From IMG/VR virus record IMGVR_UViG_2941446319_000001: DNA of 64,000 nt, one strand, 5' to 3'. The stretch is from an uncultured virus (IMG/VR IMGVR_UViG_2941446319_000001) (Duplodnaviria; Heunggongvirae; Uroviricota; Caudoviricetes). Position 1 is the first letter of the stretch; each line of letters starts with the position of its first letter. Of the stretch, positions 38,501 through 46,867 are shown one piece after another. Both the position numbers and the translations under genes were made by a program. The notes beneath the pieces are model-generated. The model saw nothing but the letters and a program-made list of their open reading frames with translations. It was not told the origin of the DNA and ran no database searches.

Positions 38501-39602
38501 TCTGGGCGTCGGCGACCCTGCGCTCGGCCTGCTCCAGCTGGAGCGCGCGGGAGGCTGCTTCGGCCGCGGACTGGCCCGCGCTCTTCGTCGCCCCTCCGGC
38601 GCCACCAGCGGCGGACGCCTGCTGCTTGAGTGCCTCATTGATGCGCCCGAGGCTCGGCACGGCAACCGCGGCGAAACCCGCGGCGCCCGCACCTGCGGCG
38701 GTGAAAGCTGCGCCGAGCACGCTCACGCCAACCGCGATGGACGTCACCGCGGGCAGCGACGCCAGCGCGGCGCCCACCATCGCGATTGCGGACAGGGCTC
38801 CGCCCACGTCCGCGTCCACGTTGATCCGCGCGGATCTGCCGCTGACCGACGACAGCGATGACTCCAGCGCACGCAACTCCGAGAGTGCCTGCACGGTGTC
38901 GACCTGGACGTCGATGTCCGTGGTGGAAGTGTTCAGCCGCTGCAGTTCCCGCTCGATTGCGGCGATTTCCGTTCGAGCGGCAGCAGCGTCCAGGTCGATG
39001 CCGATGCGGCGGCCGTTGAGTTCGGCCATCCGCGCCTTGAGCTCTTCAAGCGCAGTGCGGGCCGGATTGACGTCCACGTCGGGCGTGATCGGCTCCGGCT
39101 CGCCCAGCTTGTCGATCTCCCGCTGCAGAGCCTGCAGCTGGGTGAGAGCGGCCATTGTGTCGGCGCGCACGTCGATCTCAGCCGACTCAGACAGGCGGTC
39201 CAGCGCGAGGTGGAGGTTGGCCATCTCCGCGAGGGCGGACCCTGCGTCGATGTCGAGGCCGATCTGCTTCGACGACAGGGTTTGCAGGCTGGCGCGAACC
39301 TCTTGCAGCTTCTGTCGCGCTTCTGAGGCGTCGGCGTCCAGCTCGGCTTTTGGAAGGCTCTTGAACGCGGCTTCGAGACGACGGGAGAACGCCTTGGCGA
39401 AGGCGCCGGCGATCTGATCGCCCTCTTTGGGCGCCTGCCGCTTACGCTTCTGCTGTTCGCGGTCGTACGGCTCGAACGGGTCCCCCGACCCGTCACCGAG
39501 CCCATCGCGAAACTTCTTAGCTGCCGCTTCGGCCTTGGCCATCGCGGCGATGAACGACTTAACATCGGCCGTCAGCTTGACCGTTACAGATCTGTCAGCC
39601 AC
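35565..39602 (-). CDS. Tape measure protein
   Basis: About 1345 aa, Ala-rich helical; starts ADRSVTVKLTAD; C-terminal FASGG..GEGNGPEAFIP; follows the tail chaperones. Confidence 0.93.
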   Translation of the reverse strand: MADRSVTVKLTADVKSFIAAMAKAEAAAKKFRDGLGDGSGDPFEPYDREQQKRKRQAPKEGDQIAGAFAKAFSRRLEAAFKSLPKAELDADASEARQKLQEVRASLQTLSSKQIGLDIDAGSALAEMANLHLALDRLSESAEIDVRADTMAALTQLQALQREIDKLGEPEPITPDVDVNPARTALEELKARMAELNGRRIGIDLDAAAARTEIAAIERELQRLNTSTTDIDVQVDTVQALSELRALESSLSSVSGRSARINVDADVGGALSAIAMVGAALASLPAVTSIAVGVSVLGAAFTAAGAGAAGFAAVAVPSLGRINEALKQQASAAGGAGGATKSAGQSAAEAASRALQLEQAERRVADAQKGVKQAQEDLTRARRDAKRALDDLTLSVKDAALAEQDAALSVEEARQRLAEVQTDPDSDELDVKRAELNYRMSVQRLEEQSVRTKRLKEDQKEAAKAGVEGSDQVRAAQDKLLKAETDLAMASKQLTVLKLQQKAAMESAGGAAGGAASKMAELSKAERALAKDVKAFQDGYVAWQRSLQPDVFPAIRSGMDLMSTGMKTSTPLVKASAAAFDDFLKQANKELKSEQWQSFFRDLTEQAPRAIDGLGDSALNVAGGLTGIVQAFLPFTDELMDNLEDITQEFEDWGQSLDGSPEFEAFIAYVRENGPKVAEIFGNIATFAGKIVQVGADVGPGALDFFVQLSEKLADLDPGQIQAIATGIGLIFAAAKLGTTLKLGAFVLLAEVLSQMSPGQIQALAVAIAAVVVAVKGFQAVSGAVGFFSSFGEAVEGAGKKAGGAQSKLANLAGVFGKGGLIAATVAGVAIAFDQIGDAAAGLNPDLDKLATNLAKFGESGQATQDVLDQLAPKMAGLTGGIETFADSAARLSSDNPILGFMHTLGDTIDSSLGIQLDNGKQAVDNFDASLSKLVAGGNAEQAAVTFKRLADQAIAAGTPVEKLKDLFPQYAASMDGIPATTGAVGTAVELLGGQVNGAQREIGQAAERLGVFRASLDEFNSQTDAAATVRDMEKAFNDAKTAIDGANGKLTLTPGLTAAQRDAVIQARDAFAGYVEKVRLSAEGQVTLTGRTTEARDAVLRQLPAMIDLAGKNEAARNQVLELAKAYGISESDAIKAAKGGQNLVEVLAKLKSKDIRVGADVKPAQEAIDNFVKLNSGRKIPLHVYTKNSQLAAGAIMRYAEGGLQKFASGGRATPAPHIADSPTILYGEGNGPEAFIPYDPAFRDRAMDLVSQVASDFGGKFVSGPSAGSMGAPANSSRVSAPQRGPSRGYATPPGGGSAGPGGAAGASTVVNKTVTFPDLVVRESADAAVLFAQASMHLGGRG

Positions 39603-39734
39603 CCGACACCTCCTCATCGAAGGGCCGAAAGCGGCCGAATCGGGGACTGGTCAGGGGATGTCGTGGGATCGTGCCAACCGGGCCACCAAGTGGCGCGTCC
39701 TACGCGCGCACATCCCTCTCCCCAGGAGCCACAC

Positions 39735-40181
39735 GTGAGCCAGTACGGACCTCAGGACGACCGGCCTTACCCCCAGCAGCCGCCGCAGCCGTACGGGCAG
39801 ATGTACAGCCCGCCGCAGACGCCGCAAGGGCCCACCAGTCATGCCGCGCCGCGGCACAGCCAAGGGCTCGCCATCACGTCGCTGGTGATGGGGGTGGCCG
39901 GCTCCGCCCTCGCGCTACTGCCAGCGCTGCGCGGTGTAGGCCTGGTCGTCGGCTTCGCGGCCGTGGTCCTCGCCATCGTTGCGCTCGCCGCCAAAAGCCA
40001 GGGCGGCAAGATGTTCGCCGCGGGCGGCTTAGCCCTCGGCTTCGCGGCGCTGCCGATCGCAGTCGGCCTCTACATGCTGAGCGCCAGCCAGGAGCGCGGC
40101 AACCTGCAGCAGCAACAGCAGATCGAGGAGTGCATCCTCGCCAACCCCGAGACGGCGCTGGAGTGCGCCGGCCTGGAGTAG
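39735..40181 (+). CDS. Antisense moron: three-TM membrane protein (DUF4190-like)
   Basis: AGGAG RBS plus GTG; P/Q-rich N-terminus, GLAITSLVMGV, three TM helices. Confidence 0.75.
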   Translation: MSQYGPQDDRPYPQQPPQPYGQMYSPPQTPQGPTSHAAPRHSQGLAITSLVMGVAGSALALLPALRGVGLVVGFAAVVLAIVALAAKSQGGKMFAAGGLALGFAALPIAVGLYMLSASQERGNLQQQQQIEECILANPETALECAGLE

Positions 40182-40182
40182 G

Positions 40183-40518
40183 TCACCGGCCGACTGCCTT
40201 CTTCACCTTCGAGAACACGCGGAACAGCAGGCCAGGCGGGCTCTCCGTGTACTCAGACTTGCGGTGCTCCAGCGGCGTGCAGGCGTGGCACCGGGTCGGC
40301 GGCGGAGCCTCATACATGCCTTCGTGGTCGGGGTTGGTCGTCTCCGACAACGGCAAGCCGCAGCCGGGGCAGCGGTCCGCCTCGATCCTCCGCCACGCCT
40401 TCGCGTACGCCAGATCCTCATTCGTCCACTCGGGGTCGTGCGTGACCACCTCGCGGAGCATGCGGCCGTCATCGTCGTACTCGTAGGAGACGACCGAGGT
40501 GCGCCGCTTGCCCAGCAT
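40183..40518 (-). CDS. Tail assembly chaperone, frameshifted (gpGT) C-terminal part
   Basis: In the -1 frame of the upstream chaperone; CPGCG..CHAC. Confidence 0.8.
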   Translation of the reverse strand: MLGKRRTSVVSYEYDDDGRMLREVVTHDPEWTNEDLAYAKAWRRIEADRCPGCGLPLSETTNPDHEGMYEAPPPTRCHACTPLEHRKSEYTESPPGLLFRVFSKVKKAVGR

Positions 40519-40553
40519 GATCGACCTGGGCAGCCCGTACGCGGCGGCGAGCG

Positions 40554-41075
40554 CTACTTCTTCGGCGACTTCCGGAGAGCTTCGGATGCTCTCCGCGATT
40601 TTGGGATGTCATCGCCGGACCTGTTGAGCTGCCACAACGTGTTGAACAGGTCGTTCCACTGACCGATCGTCAACCGGTCCACCAGCAGCCCGGCCTGATC
40701 GAACGTCATAGCCGGGTCGATGGCGCACGCAGCCAGCAGGCCGACACCGAACGTGTCCGTGTTGAACGCGCCATCGTCGGTGTCTTCCCGCGGCGGATGG
40801 GCGGCCAGCAGATCCGACCAGCCTTTGTGGGTGACAGCCCGCAGCTTGATGCCGATCGTATGATCGGCCATCTCCTGCTCCAGCTGCTGAATCCGGGAGG
40901 CGACCTTTTTGCCTGCCGCGCCCACACCCGCGAGCGAGTCGCGGGCCTGAGCCTCGGCCTTGGCCAGCTCCTGCTCGGCCTGCTCCCACTCCGCCCGCAG
41001 GTCGGCGCGCATGCACAGGGGGTAGACACGCTCGGGCAGACGAATCTGCCCGAGAATGTCGTCGATCGACTGCAT
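40554..41075 (-). CDS. Tail assembly chaperone (gpG-like)
   Basis: Between major tail and tape measure; WSDLLAAHPPR..FNTDTF. Confidence 0.85.
   Translation of the reverse strand: MQSIDDILGQIRLPERVYPLCMRADLRAEWEQAEQELAKAEAQARDSLAGVGAAGKKVASRIQQLEQEMADHTIGIKLRAVTHKGWSDLLAAHPPREDTDDGAFNTDTFGVGLLAACAIDPAMTFDQAGLLVDRLTIGQWNDLFNTLWQLNRSGDDIPKSRRASEALRKSPKK
40599..40605 (-). other. Programmed -1 frameshift slippery site C CCA AAA
   Basis: Minus strand ATC CCA AAA TCG; the -1 frame stays open into the downstream ORF. Confidence 0.85.
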
Positions 41076-41560
41076 CAGGCGGCCACCGTCGCGTCAGAGT
41101 CGGCGGTGGTGTGATTGAACAGCTTCGACACGAAGCGCTGCGCCGCGTTGAGCTCGGGAGGCTGCATGTTCGGCCGCCCGCACCGGACCGGATACACCTC
41201 GACGGTCTGAGCGGCGACGTAGCTGGTCTCGTGCGGCAGGTTACGCCGCACCACCAGGTAGCCGAGCTGCCGGTCGGTGAGGGTGTCCCAGCCGATGTCC
41301 TCGGCCGTCTCTTCCTTGCGCTTCACGGTCAGCTCGATGCTGTACTTCACCGTACCCGCGTCTTCGGTCTCGTCGCGGGAGGCGAGCGCGGTGTTGTCCA
41401 CCGCGGCCTGCTCGGGCGAGATGCCGAGCCCGTCCTTGGTGATGTACTCCTGCAGGTCGACGCCGGCGTTCAGTTCGGCGGCGGTGGGCGCATTGATGTT
41501 GGCGACGGTGAGGCAGAACGTCACCTTGACGTTGCCATCACCGAGAAGGTCGGCAGCCAT
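41075..41560 (-). CDS. Major tail tube protein
   Basis: NINAPTAAELNAGVDL..GYLVVRR..VEVYPVRCG. Confidence 0.88.
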   Translation of the reverse strand: MAADLLGDGNVKVTFCLTVANINAPTAAELNAGVDLQEYITKDGLGISPEQAAVDNTALASRDETEDAGTVKYSIELTVKRKEETAEDIGWDTLTDRQLGYLVVRRNLPHETSYVAAQTVEVYPVRCGRPNMQPPELNAAQRFVSKLFNHTTADSDATVAA

Positions 41561-41563
41561 CGG

Positions 41564-41776
41564 TCACTCCTTTTCGGTGGTGTTGGCCGCCGTGCTGCGG
41601 CGCGTGCTGGGCTTGGGGTCCTCGACCGGCCCTGCGGGCGGCTGGCCCGAGCTGGCGGGCGGCGCCTGAGGCGCGTCGGCCCGCTCGTAGTCGGGGAAAT
41701 GCCGGAGAGCGTCCGGCGAGATGAGCGCGGTGAGGCCGGTGGTCTTCGACCGGACCTTGATCTTCGGGCGGGGCAT
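41564..41776 (-). CDS. Small hypothetical virion-region protein
   Basis: ATG overlapping upstream TGA. Confidence 0.6.
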   Translation of the reverse strand: MPRPKIKVRSKTTGLTALISPDALRHFPDYERADAPQAPPASSGQPPAGPVEDPKPSTRRSTAANTTEKE

Positions 41777-42108
41777 CAGATCCGCCCGACCGCGAACGTG
41801 ACCGTCGTGACCGGGGCGGCGACGAACGTGACCAGCCGGCCGTCCTCCGGATCGCCGAACTCTGGCAGCATCGGGATCCACTGCTCGGCGCCGGTCGACA
41901 GGTTGTAGACCTTGTCCGGCAGCGCCTCGCCATAGCTGGTCTCGCCAGCGCCGGACACGGTGACGGTGATCGCACCGCCCGACCCGTTCTTGAAATGCAC
42001 CCACGTGCGGGAGTCGGCGAGGACCTTGTCCCCGGTGGTGGCGGTGGCGGCGTGATAGGTGGGCGTGACCCCACCTACCGTGATCGCCTGAGCTGTGCGG
42101 GTAGCCAC
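41776..42108 (-). CDS. Putative structural protein
   Basis: AAGGAG RBS; HFKNGSGGAITVTV. Confidence 0.7.
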   Translation of the reverse strand: MATRTAQAITVGGVTPTYHAATATTGDKVLADSRTWVHFKNGSGGAITVTVSGAGETSYGEALPDKVYNLSTGAEQWIPMLPEFGDPEDGRLVTFVAAPVTTVTFAVGRI

Positions 42109-42180
42109 TACGGGCTCCTTTCGGGCATGCAAAAGAGCCCGGACACCAGCAGGTGGCGGGCTATGTGAAGTGGATGTGGC

Positions 42181-42615
42181 CTAGGTCGGCTGGGAGCGGA
42201 ACGCGATCTCCACGACCGCCATGTACACAGGCGTTGGGACCGTGTCGTCTCGAATGATCGGCGCCTGGCCGGGAGCCGCCTGGACGCGGTAAGTGGAACG
42301 GCCCGACACAGTGAGACGCTGCCCGATCAGGGCGGCCCTGACGTCGTCGGTGGCCCCTTCGACTTGCGTCTCGGTGGCGCCGAACACATTGATCTGGGCG
42401 GCGTAGTCGAGATACTCCAGCGGCTCAGCCGCATTGCCGTCAGGGATTCCCGGCGATGGATAGACGACGGCGTACCGGACGAAGGTGGATGCGCCGGGCG
42501 TACCCTGCCAGCCCGATCCGGCTGGCTGTTTCGCACGATCGACCAGCATTGGAACGGCGGTGATGGCGGCCACGACCGCGTTGGTGTGTGGTGTCGTGGG
42601 CGCGATGGGGATCAT
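42181..42615 (-). CDS. Tail terminator-like protein
   Basis: Synteny after the HK97-gp10-like gene; YAVVYP. Confidence 0.7.
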   Translation of the reverse strand: MIPIAPTTPHTNAVVAAITAVPMLVDRAKQPAGSGWQGTPGASTFVRYAVVYPSPGIPDGNAAEPLEYLDYAAQINVFGATETQVEGATDDVRAALIGQRLTVSGRSTYRVQAAPGQAPIIRDDTVPTPVYMAVVEIAFRSQPT

Positions 42616-42965
42616 TCGAGCGCCTTCTCTCCGACCTGGCGCATGATTTCGTCGATGGGCTTTACGGCTCGGTCGAAAGCAGGACGCATGTATGGCTGGG
42701 GACTCATGCGGCTCGTCCCGTATTCGACGAAATTTCCGTAGTTTGCCGTGGGGCCGGCCTCGAAGCCCATGCCGTCATCGTCGAAGTCCTGTCCGATGGT
42801 GGACTTCAGGTTGCCCGTGTCGACGGGCACGCTCGCTTGGGCGCCTGCCACCGTGTCGAACGCGATCTTCTGGACGACGGTCCGGGTGAGCGCTTCAGCT
42901 TTCGGCCCCGCCCCTGCAAGGTCTGCGGCCAAATTGTCCAGGCCGGAGGCGTCCCAACTCATCAC
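42612..42965 (-). CDS. HK97 gp10-family tail component
   Basis: VPVDTGNLKSTI..YGNFVEYGTSRMSPQPYMRPAFD. Confidence 0.92.
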   Translation of the reverse strand: MMSWDASGLDNLAADLAGAGPKAEALTRTVVQKIAFDTVAGAQASVPVDTGNLKSTIGQDFDDDGMGFEAGPTANYGNFVEYGTSRMSPQPYMRPAFDRAVKPIDEIMRQVGEKALE

Positions 42966-43390
42966 CCCTCCGGTTCGGTGAGGTTGATCTTGGCTTTCAG
43001 GACGCGCTCGAACCGCTCGGTCGCGTGACGGATGTCGGTGACAATCAGTTGCTTGCCAACGATGCCGGGGTCCTTAGCCGAGGTGACCGTCACAAGGTCG
43101 TGTTCGAGGACCTCCGCCGCGTCCCACTCGATGGTGATCTCGTAGTCGGCGATGGCGGTCTGCTGCTCGCCGACGACTTGCACCCGCGAGGGGGACGGCG
43201 CGGTGATACGGCAGGGCCCCGTGTAGACGGCGGCCGACGTGGGCGGATGCCACACGCCGTCCCCGTCCAGGCTGCCGTCGCCGGTGGTGCGGGTGATGGA
43301 GCACCGGGCCGTCTGCGCGCCTGTGGCTACCGGCCGGTGATGCTCCGACCATCGGCCGTGGATCGGGGCGCTGCCCGCGAGAGGAGACAC
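42962..43390 (-). CDS. Head closure protein (DUF6093-like)
   Basis: CSITR..VYTGPCRI..DLVTVTSAKDP. Confidence 0.75.
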   Translation of the reverse strand: MSPLAGSAPIHGRWSEHHRPVATGAQTARCSITRTTGDGSLDGDGVWHPPTSAAVYTGPCRITAPSPSRVQVVGEQQTAIADYEITIEWDAAEVLEHDLVTVTSAKDPGIVGKQLIVTDIRHATERFERVLKAKINLTEPEG

Positions 43391-43402
43391 CGGTCCTCCC
43401 CT

Positions 43403-43756
43403 CTACGGTTCGTAGCCGAGGACGCCGAGATGCGGGTCGAAGTCCAGGACGTCGAAGCCGACGCTGTCGTCCCCCACGCCCTCGTCCACCTGCTGGCGCA
43501 GGTCTTTGGCGCGTGATCGGAGTTCGGCAGCGACTTTCGGGCCGTCCGTGGACAGGTCCTGCGTCGTGATGACCTTGCCGACCAGCGCCTCATTCGAGGC
43601 GATGATCTCCAACGCTGCCGCCGCAGCGAGCTTGACCGAGCCCTCCATGGACAGGAGGGCGTCGATCTGCGGGTCGATCAGCAGTTGGCTGTCAGCGTCG
43701 GTGTCCGGGATGAGGAGACGAACCCGGCCCACATCGGTGCTGTAGTCGATCGCCAT
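43403..43756 (-). CDS. Head-tail adaptor
   Basis: DVGRVRLLIPDTD..AAAALEIIASNE..DLSTDG. Confidence 0.8.
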   Translation of the reverse strand: MAIDYSTDVGRVRLLIPDTDADSQLLIDPQIDALLSMEGSVKLAAAAALEIIASNEALVGKVITTQDLSTDGPKVAAELRSRAKDLRQQVDEGVGDDSVGFDVLDFDPHLGVLGYEP

Positions 43757-43764
43757 CACGCCTC

Positions 43765-44058
43765 CTAGGCGGGGATGACCGCGATCCCCCACGTGGCCGA
43801 CGCGGGGTCGACCGCACCGGCGGTGCCGTTGATGATGCGAATCGTCACCGTGTTGGCGGCGGACACGAACGCGGACACGACCAGGCCGGCGTTGAGGTTG
43901 CCAGGCGGGGCCACGACAGCGAAGTCTCCGGTGGCCGCGCCCGTCACGGTGGCGGTGAGCGTGCCGACCGCGCCGGCCGCGATGGACGCGAAGTCGAGCG
44001 TCGCCGTGGCCTTCAGGATCTCGCTCGGCTTGGTGCCGTAGTAGGCGGCGTTGGCCAT
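43765..44058 (-). CDS. Putative structural/decoration protein
   Basis: LDFASIAAG..TVTGAATGD..VSAANTVTIR. Confidence 0.65.
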   Translation of the reverse strand: MANAAYYGTKPSEILKATATLDFASIAAGAVGTLTATVTGAATGDFAVVAPPGNLNAGLVVSAFVSAANTVTIRIINGTAGAVDPASATWGIAVIPA

Positions 44059-44324
44059 CAGGTGGTTCCCTTCGGCTTGGTTCTCGGGGCGGTCTTTCGC
44101 GTGCTGCGCGCGGTGGCCGGCGGCGGCTCAGGAGATGACGCCTTCGCTGGGGGCGCGTGCACGGAGGGCTCACGCAGCTCGACCGTCTGCCCGTCGCCCG
44201 CTGGGGGCGGTTCAGGGAGACGGTCGAGGATACGCGTGAGCAACTCGTTCTGGCAGTCGAGCCGATCAACGACCGCAGCCAGGTACTTCTGGTCGGTAGT
44301 GATTGGGCGGGGAGGATCAGTCAT
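44058..44324 (-). CDS. Small hypothetical protein after the capsid gene
   Basis: Coupled to next gene; low-complexity C-terminus. Confidence 0.55.
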   Translation of the reverse strand: MTDPPRPITTDQKYLAAVVDRLDCQNELLTRILDRLPEPPPAGDGQTVELREPSVHAPPAKASSPEPPPATARSTRKTAPRTKPKGTT

Positions 44325-44387
44325 CAGAATGTCCGGTTGACATGTCGAATTGCCTGCATCGCCATCTCTTCGGTGGGACAATGGATC

Positions 44388-45335
44388 ATGGGTAGAGGTG
44401 GAGGAAGTCGAGTTCCGGTTCGTTGCGCTATCTGCGACACCGAATGGACCGTGAAGGCAAGCCGCGCACGACAGAACAACGCGATCACCTGTTCCAAGGA
44501 GTGCTTAAGCACGCTCCGGAGCCGCAACCGGATCAAGCACTTCGGCAGTGAAGATTTGCGAGTGGCGACCTGCCGAACATGCGGGCAGACGTTCACACGC
44601 AAGCCGTCGCAACTCGCGAAGTACGAGGCGAACTACTGCAGCCGAGGCTGCAAGGTCGCTGCCTCGATCGGTGTACCGAACCTCGCCCGCATCAACGGGC
44701 AATGGATCCCTTGTCAAACCTGCGGAATTGACGTCTGGCGGACGCCAGGAACGGAGAGGTCACGCACGTATTGCTCGCCATCCTGTGCAGGCCATGCCCA
44801 ACGTGGCCCGCGTGGCCCGCGCACTGAGCGGATCACGAAGGCGTGCCCAGTGTGTGGGCTGACCAGAGCAGGACTCTTGCCTTCCGCGGCCCAGCGATTC
44901 CGCTTCTGCTCGTCGTCGTGCGCCGCCCAAGCGATTCAAGGAGCCAAGCGCGGCCTGCCCGGGATGCCGTGGACCGTTGAGCAGCGCGCCAAAGTGTCGG
45001 CAACGTTAGCCCAGAAATACCGGAACGAGTGGACCTGGAAATCGGCACGGCAATCCGCCCAGATGACCGGAGCGGGCAATCCCGCATGGAAGGGCGGCGC
45101 GCGGCTCAAGGGCTACACGCCCGGTTTCACGCCCAGGCTCAAGCAGCAGATTGCCCAGCGCGATCAGCACGTGTGTCGATTGTGCGGTGCACCGCGCGGC
45201 AGCGGAACGCATGCCGTTCACCACATCGACGGCGAGAAGCACGACCACAGTGCATCGAATCTCGTGCTGCTTTGCATCTCCTGCCACAGCAAGGTGCATC
45301 ATCACAACTTGCCGATTCCGCCTGCTACGGATTAA
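44388..45335 (+). CDS. HNH endonuclease with tandem zinc-binding repeats, antisense insertion
   Basis: Four CxxC...CSxxC repeats; GNPAWKGG; RDQHVCRLCG..VHHIDGEKHDHSASNLVLLCISCHSKVH. Confidence 0.88.
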   Translation: MGRGGGSRVPVRCAICDTEWTVKASRARQNNAITCSKECLSTLRSRNRIKHFGSEDLRVATCRTCGQTFTRKPSQLAKYEANYCSRGCKVAASIGVPNLARINGQWIPCQTCGIDVWRTPGTERSRTYCSPSCAGHAQRGPRGPRTERITKACPVCGLTRAGLLPSAAQRFRFCSSSCAAQAIQGAKRGLPGMPWTVEQRAKVSATLAQKYRNEWTWKSARQSAQMTGAGNPAWKGGARLKGYTPGFTPRLKQQIAQRDQHVCRLCGAPRGSGTHAVHHIDGEKHDHSASNLVLLCISCHSKVHHHNLPIPPATD

Positions 45336-46471
45336 CCCCCAGCTCCCGTCGAAGCGATGCTCATCCGACTGTCGACGAAACTTCCGCCATAGACGTGCTT
45401 AATCTTCTTCTCGGCCGCCTCGGTGTCGAAGCTGAACGGCTCCTCGCCGCCGCCGATCCGGCGCATGTCCGGCACCTTCTCGTACAGGGCGGGCGCCTCG
45501 AAGCCGCGCAGCCGGCCGAACTCCATCGCGGGCCTCGGCCCACTCGGGTTGGCGAACACCCACCAGGAGGTGTCGGCGTTCGAGCTGGTGGCGACGCTGG
45601 GGATCCAGTAGTTGACGGAGATCCGCAGGTTCGCGGCCACGCCGTTACCCGAGATGATGCGAACGTTGCCGCTGGCGTCCACGGTCCGGTACTCGGTCGT
45701 GTCGATGATCTCCTGCGCCTGGAGGGCCAGGCCGGGGCCGACGACGAGTTCGACTGCCTTGACGACGATCGGGTTGCCGTTCTCGTCGGTCCGCTTCATC
45801 AGTGTGGTGATCGCCGACTGGAGGGCTGCCCGGTCCAGGGCTGCGGTGAGCAGGTTGCTGCCCGTGTAGACGCTGGTGAGCGGCCCGTCAACGCCGCAGA
45901 ACAGGCGGGTGACGAACTCCTCCTCCGAGTCGCGGGCGGAGTCGGCGAGGTCCTGGGGGAGCCGCATGAAAGCGTTGAGGTCGTCGTTGATCATCGCCTC
46001 CCAGGAGAGGGCGAAACCGGCCTCATACTTGGAGACCGCGTACTCGTACGCGACCTCGTCCATGCCGCGCCGCTCGTGCTCGGCAAGCTCGCCGACCTTG
46101 GACAGCAGGCCGCGGACGCCCGTGGAGGCGAACCGCTTGACGGCCCGGAAGTCGTTGACGGTGGCAGCCCTGGCGTAGTTCATCCACGTCGGCTGCACCG
46201 CCTCGTAGGCGCCGTACATCTGCCGGTCCAGCGAGTCGGCGAACAGCAGCGGGAAATCGCTGGTGGACATCGCCTCGGAGAAGTGGTGCAGCGGCCGGCG
46301 GCCGTAGCGGATGTCCTGGACGAAAGCCTCAGCTTCGAGCAGGGCCCGCTCCCACTTGGGGTCACGGCGGGGGACGCCGGTCGACACCTTGCGCTGGCCG
46401 CCGAACGACTCGCGCAGGGCGTTTGCTTCGGAGTCGATCCGCTCGACCGAAGAGTTGAAAAGGGTGGTCAT
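45332..46471 (-). CDS. Major capsid protein
   Basis: EAMSTSDFPLLF, VNDFR, SWEAMINDDLNAF; follows scaffold and DUF2190-like genes. Confidence 0.9.
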   Translation of the reverse strand: MTTLFNSSVERIDSEANALRESFGGQRKVSTGVPRRDPKWERALLEAEAFVQDIRYGRRPLHHFSEAMSTSDFPLLFADSLDRQMYGAYEAVQPTWMNYARAATVNDFRAVKRFASTGVRGLLSKVGELAEHERRGMDEVAYEYAVSKYEAGFALSWEAMINDDLNAFMRLPQDLADSARDSEEEFVTRLFCGVDGPLTSVYTGSNLLTAALDRAALQSAITTLMKRTDENGNPIVVKAVELVVGPGLALQAQEIIDTTEYRTVDASGNVRIISGNGVAANLRISVNYWIPSVATSSNADTSWWVFANPSGPRPAMEFGRLRGFEAPALYEKVPDMRRIGGGEEPFSFDTEAAEKKIKHVYGGSFVDSRMSIASTGAGG

Positions 46472-46482
46472 GGGATGGACTC

Positions 46483-46845
46483 CTAATAGCCGATCTTGAC
46501 GGGGATGGTGCCGGTCGCGCCGCTGGTGACGGAGCCGAGCGCGTAACCGAAGCGCTTGTTGCCCGACGACGCGTCATTGATCTTGTTGGCGTCGGCGGAG
46601 TCGAAGTACATGAGGGTGCCCGGCACCACGTTGCCGCCCTCGGCGTCCACGAACAGGTCGGCTACGCCGTTGCACTTGACGGTGGCGAAGCCGTCGGAGT
46701 CCTCGTCCGTCAGCGCGACGAACGGCAGGTCCACCAGCACGCCCGGGTCGCCGGACATGATCAGGCCAGCGGTGCCGGAGCCGGTGACTCCGGAGACGTT
46801 GACCCTGAGCTGGTCGCCGTCCTCGAAAACGATGTTGGTTGCCAT
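46483..46845 (-). CDS. Capsid cement/decoration protein (DUF2190-like)
   Basis: MATNIVFEDGD..SGDP..VALTD..FGYAL. Confidence 0.8.
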   Translation of the reverse strand: MATNIVFEDGDQLRVNVSGVTGSGTAGLIMSGDPGVLVDLPFVALTDEDSDGFATVKCNGVADLFVDAEGGNVVPGTLMYFDSADANKINDASSGNKRFGYALGSVTSGATGTIPVKIGY

Positions 46846-46867
46846 GAAAGTTCAGGTCCTTCCGGGG

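Noticed and set aside
36897..39417. Long plus-strand ORFs opposite the tape measure (and similar ones at 1300-2937, 45029-46486, 49595-51364, 55604-57034)
   Set aside because: Antisense shadows of real high-GC genes with no recognisable motifs.
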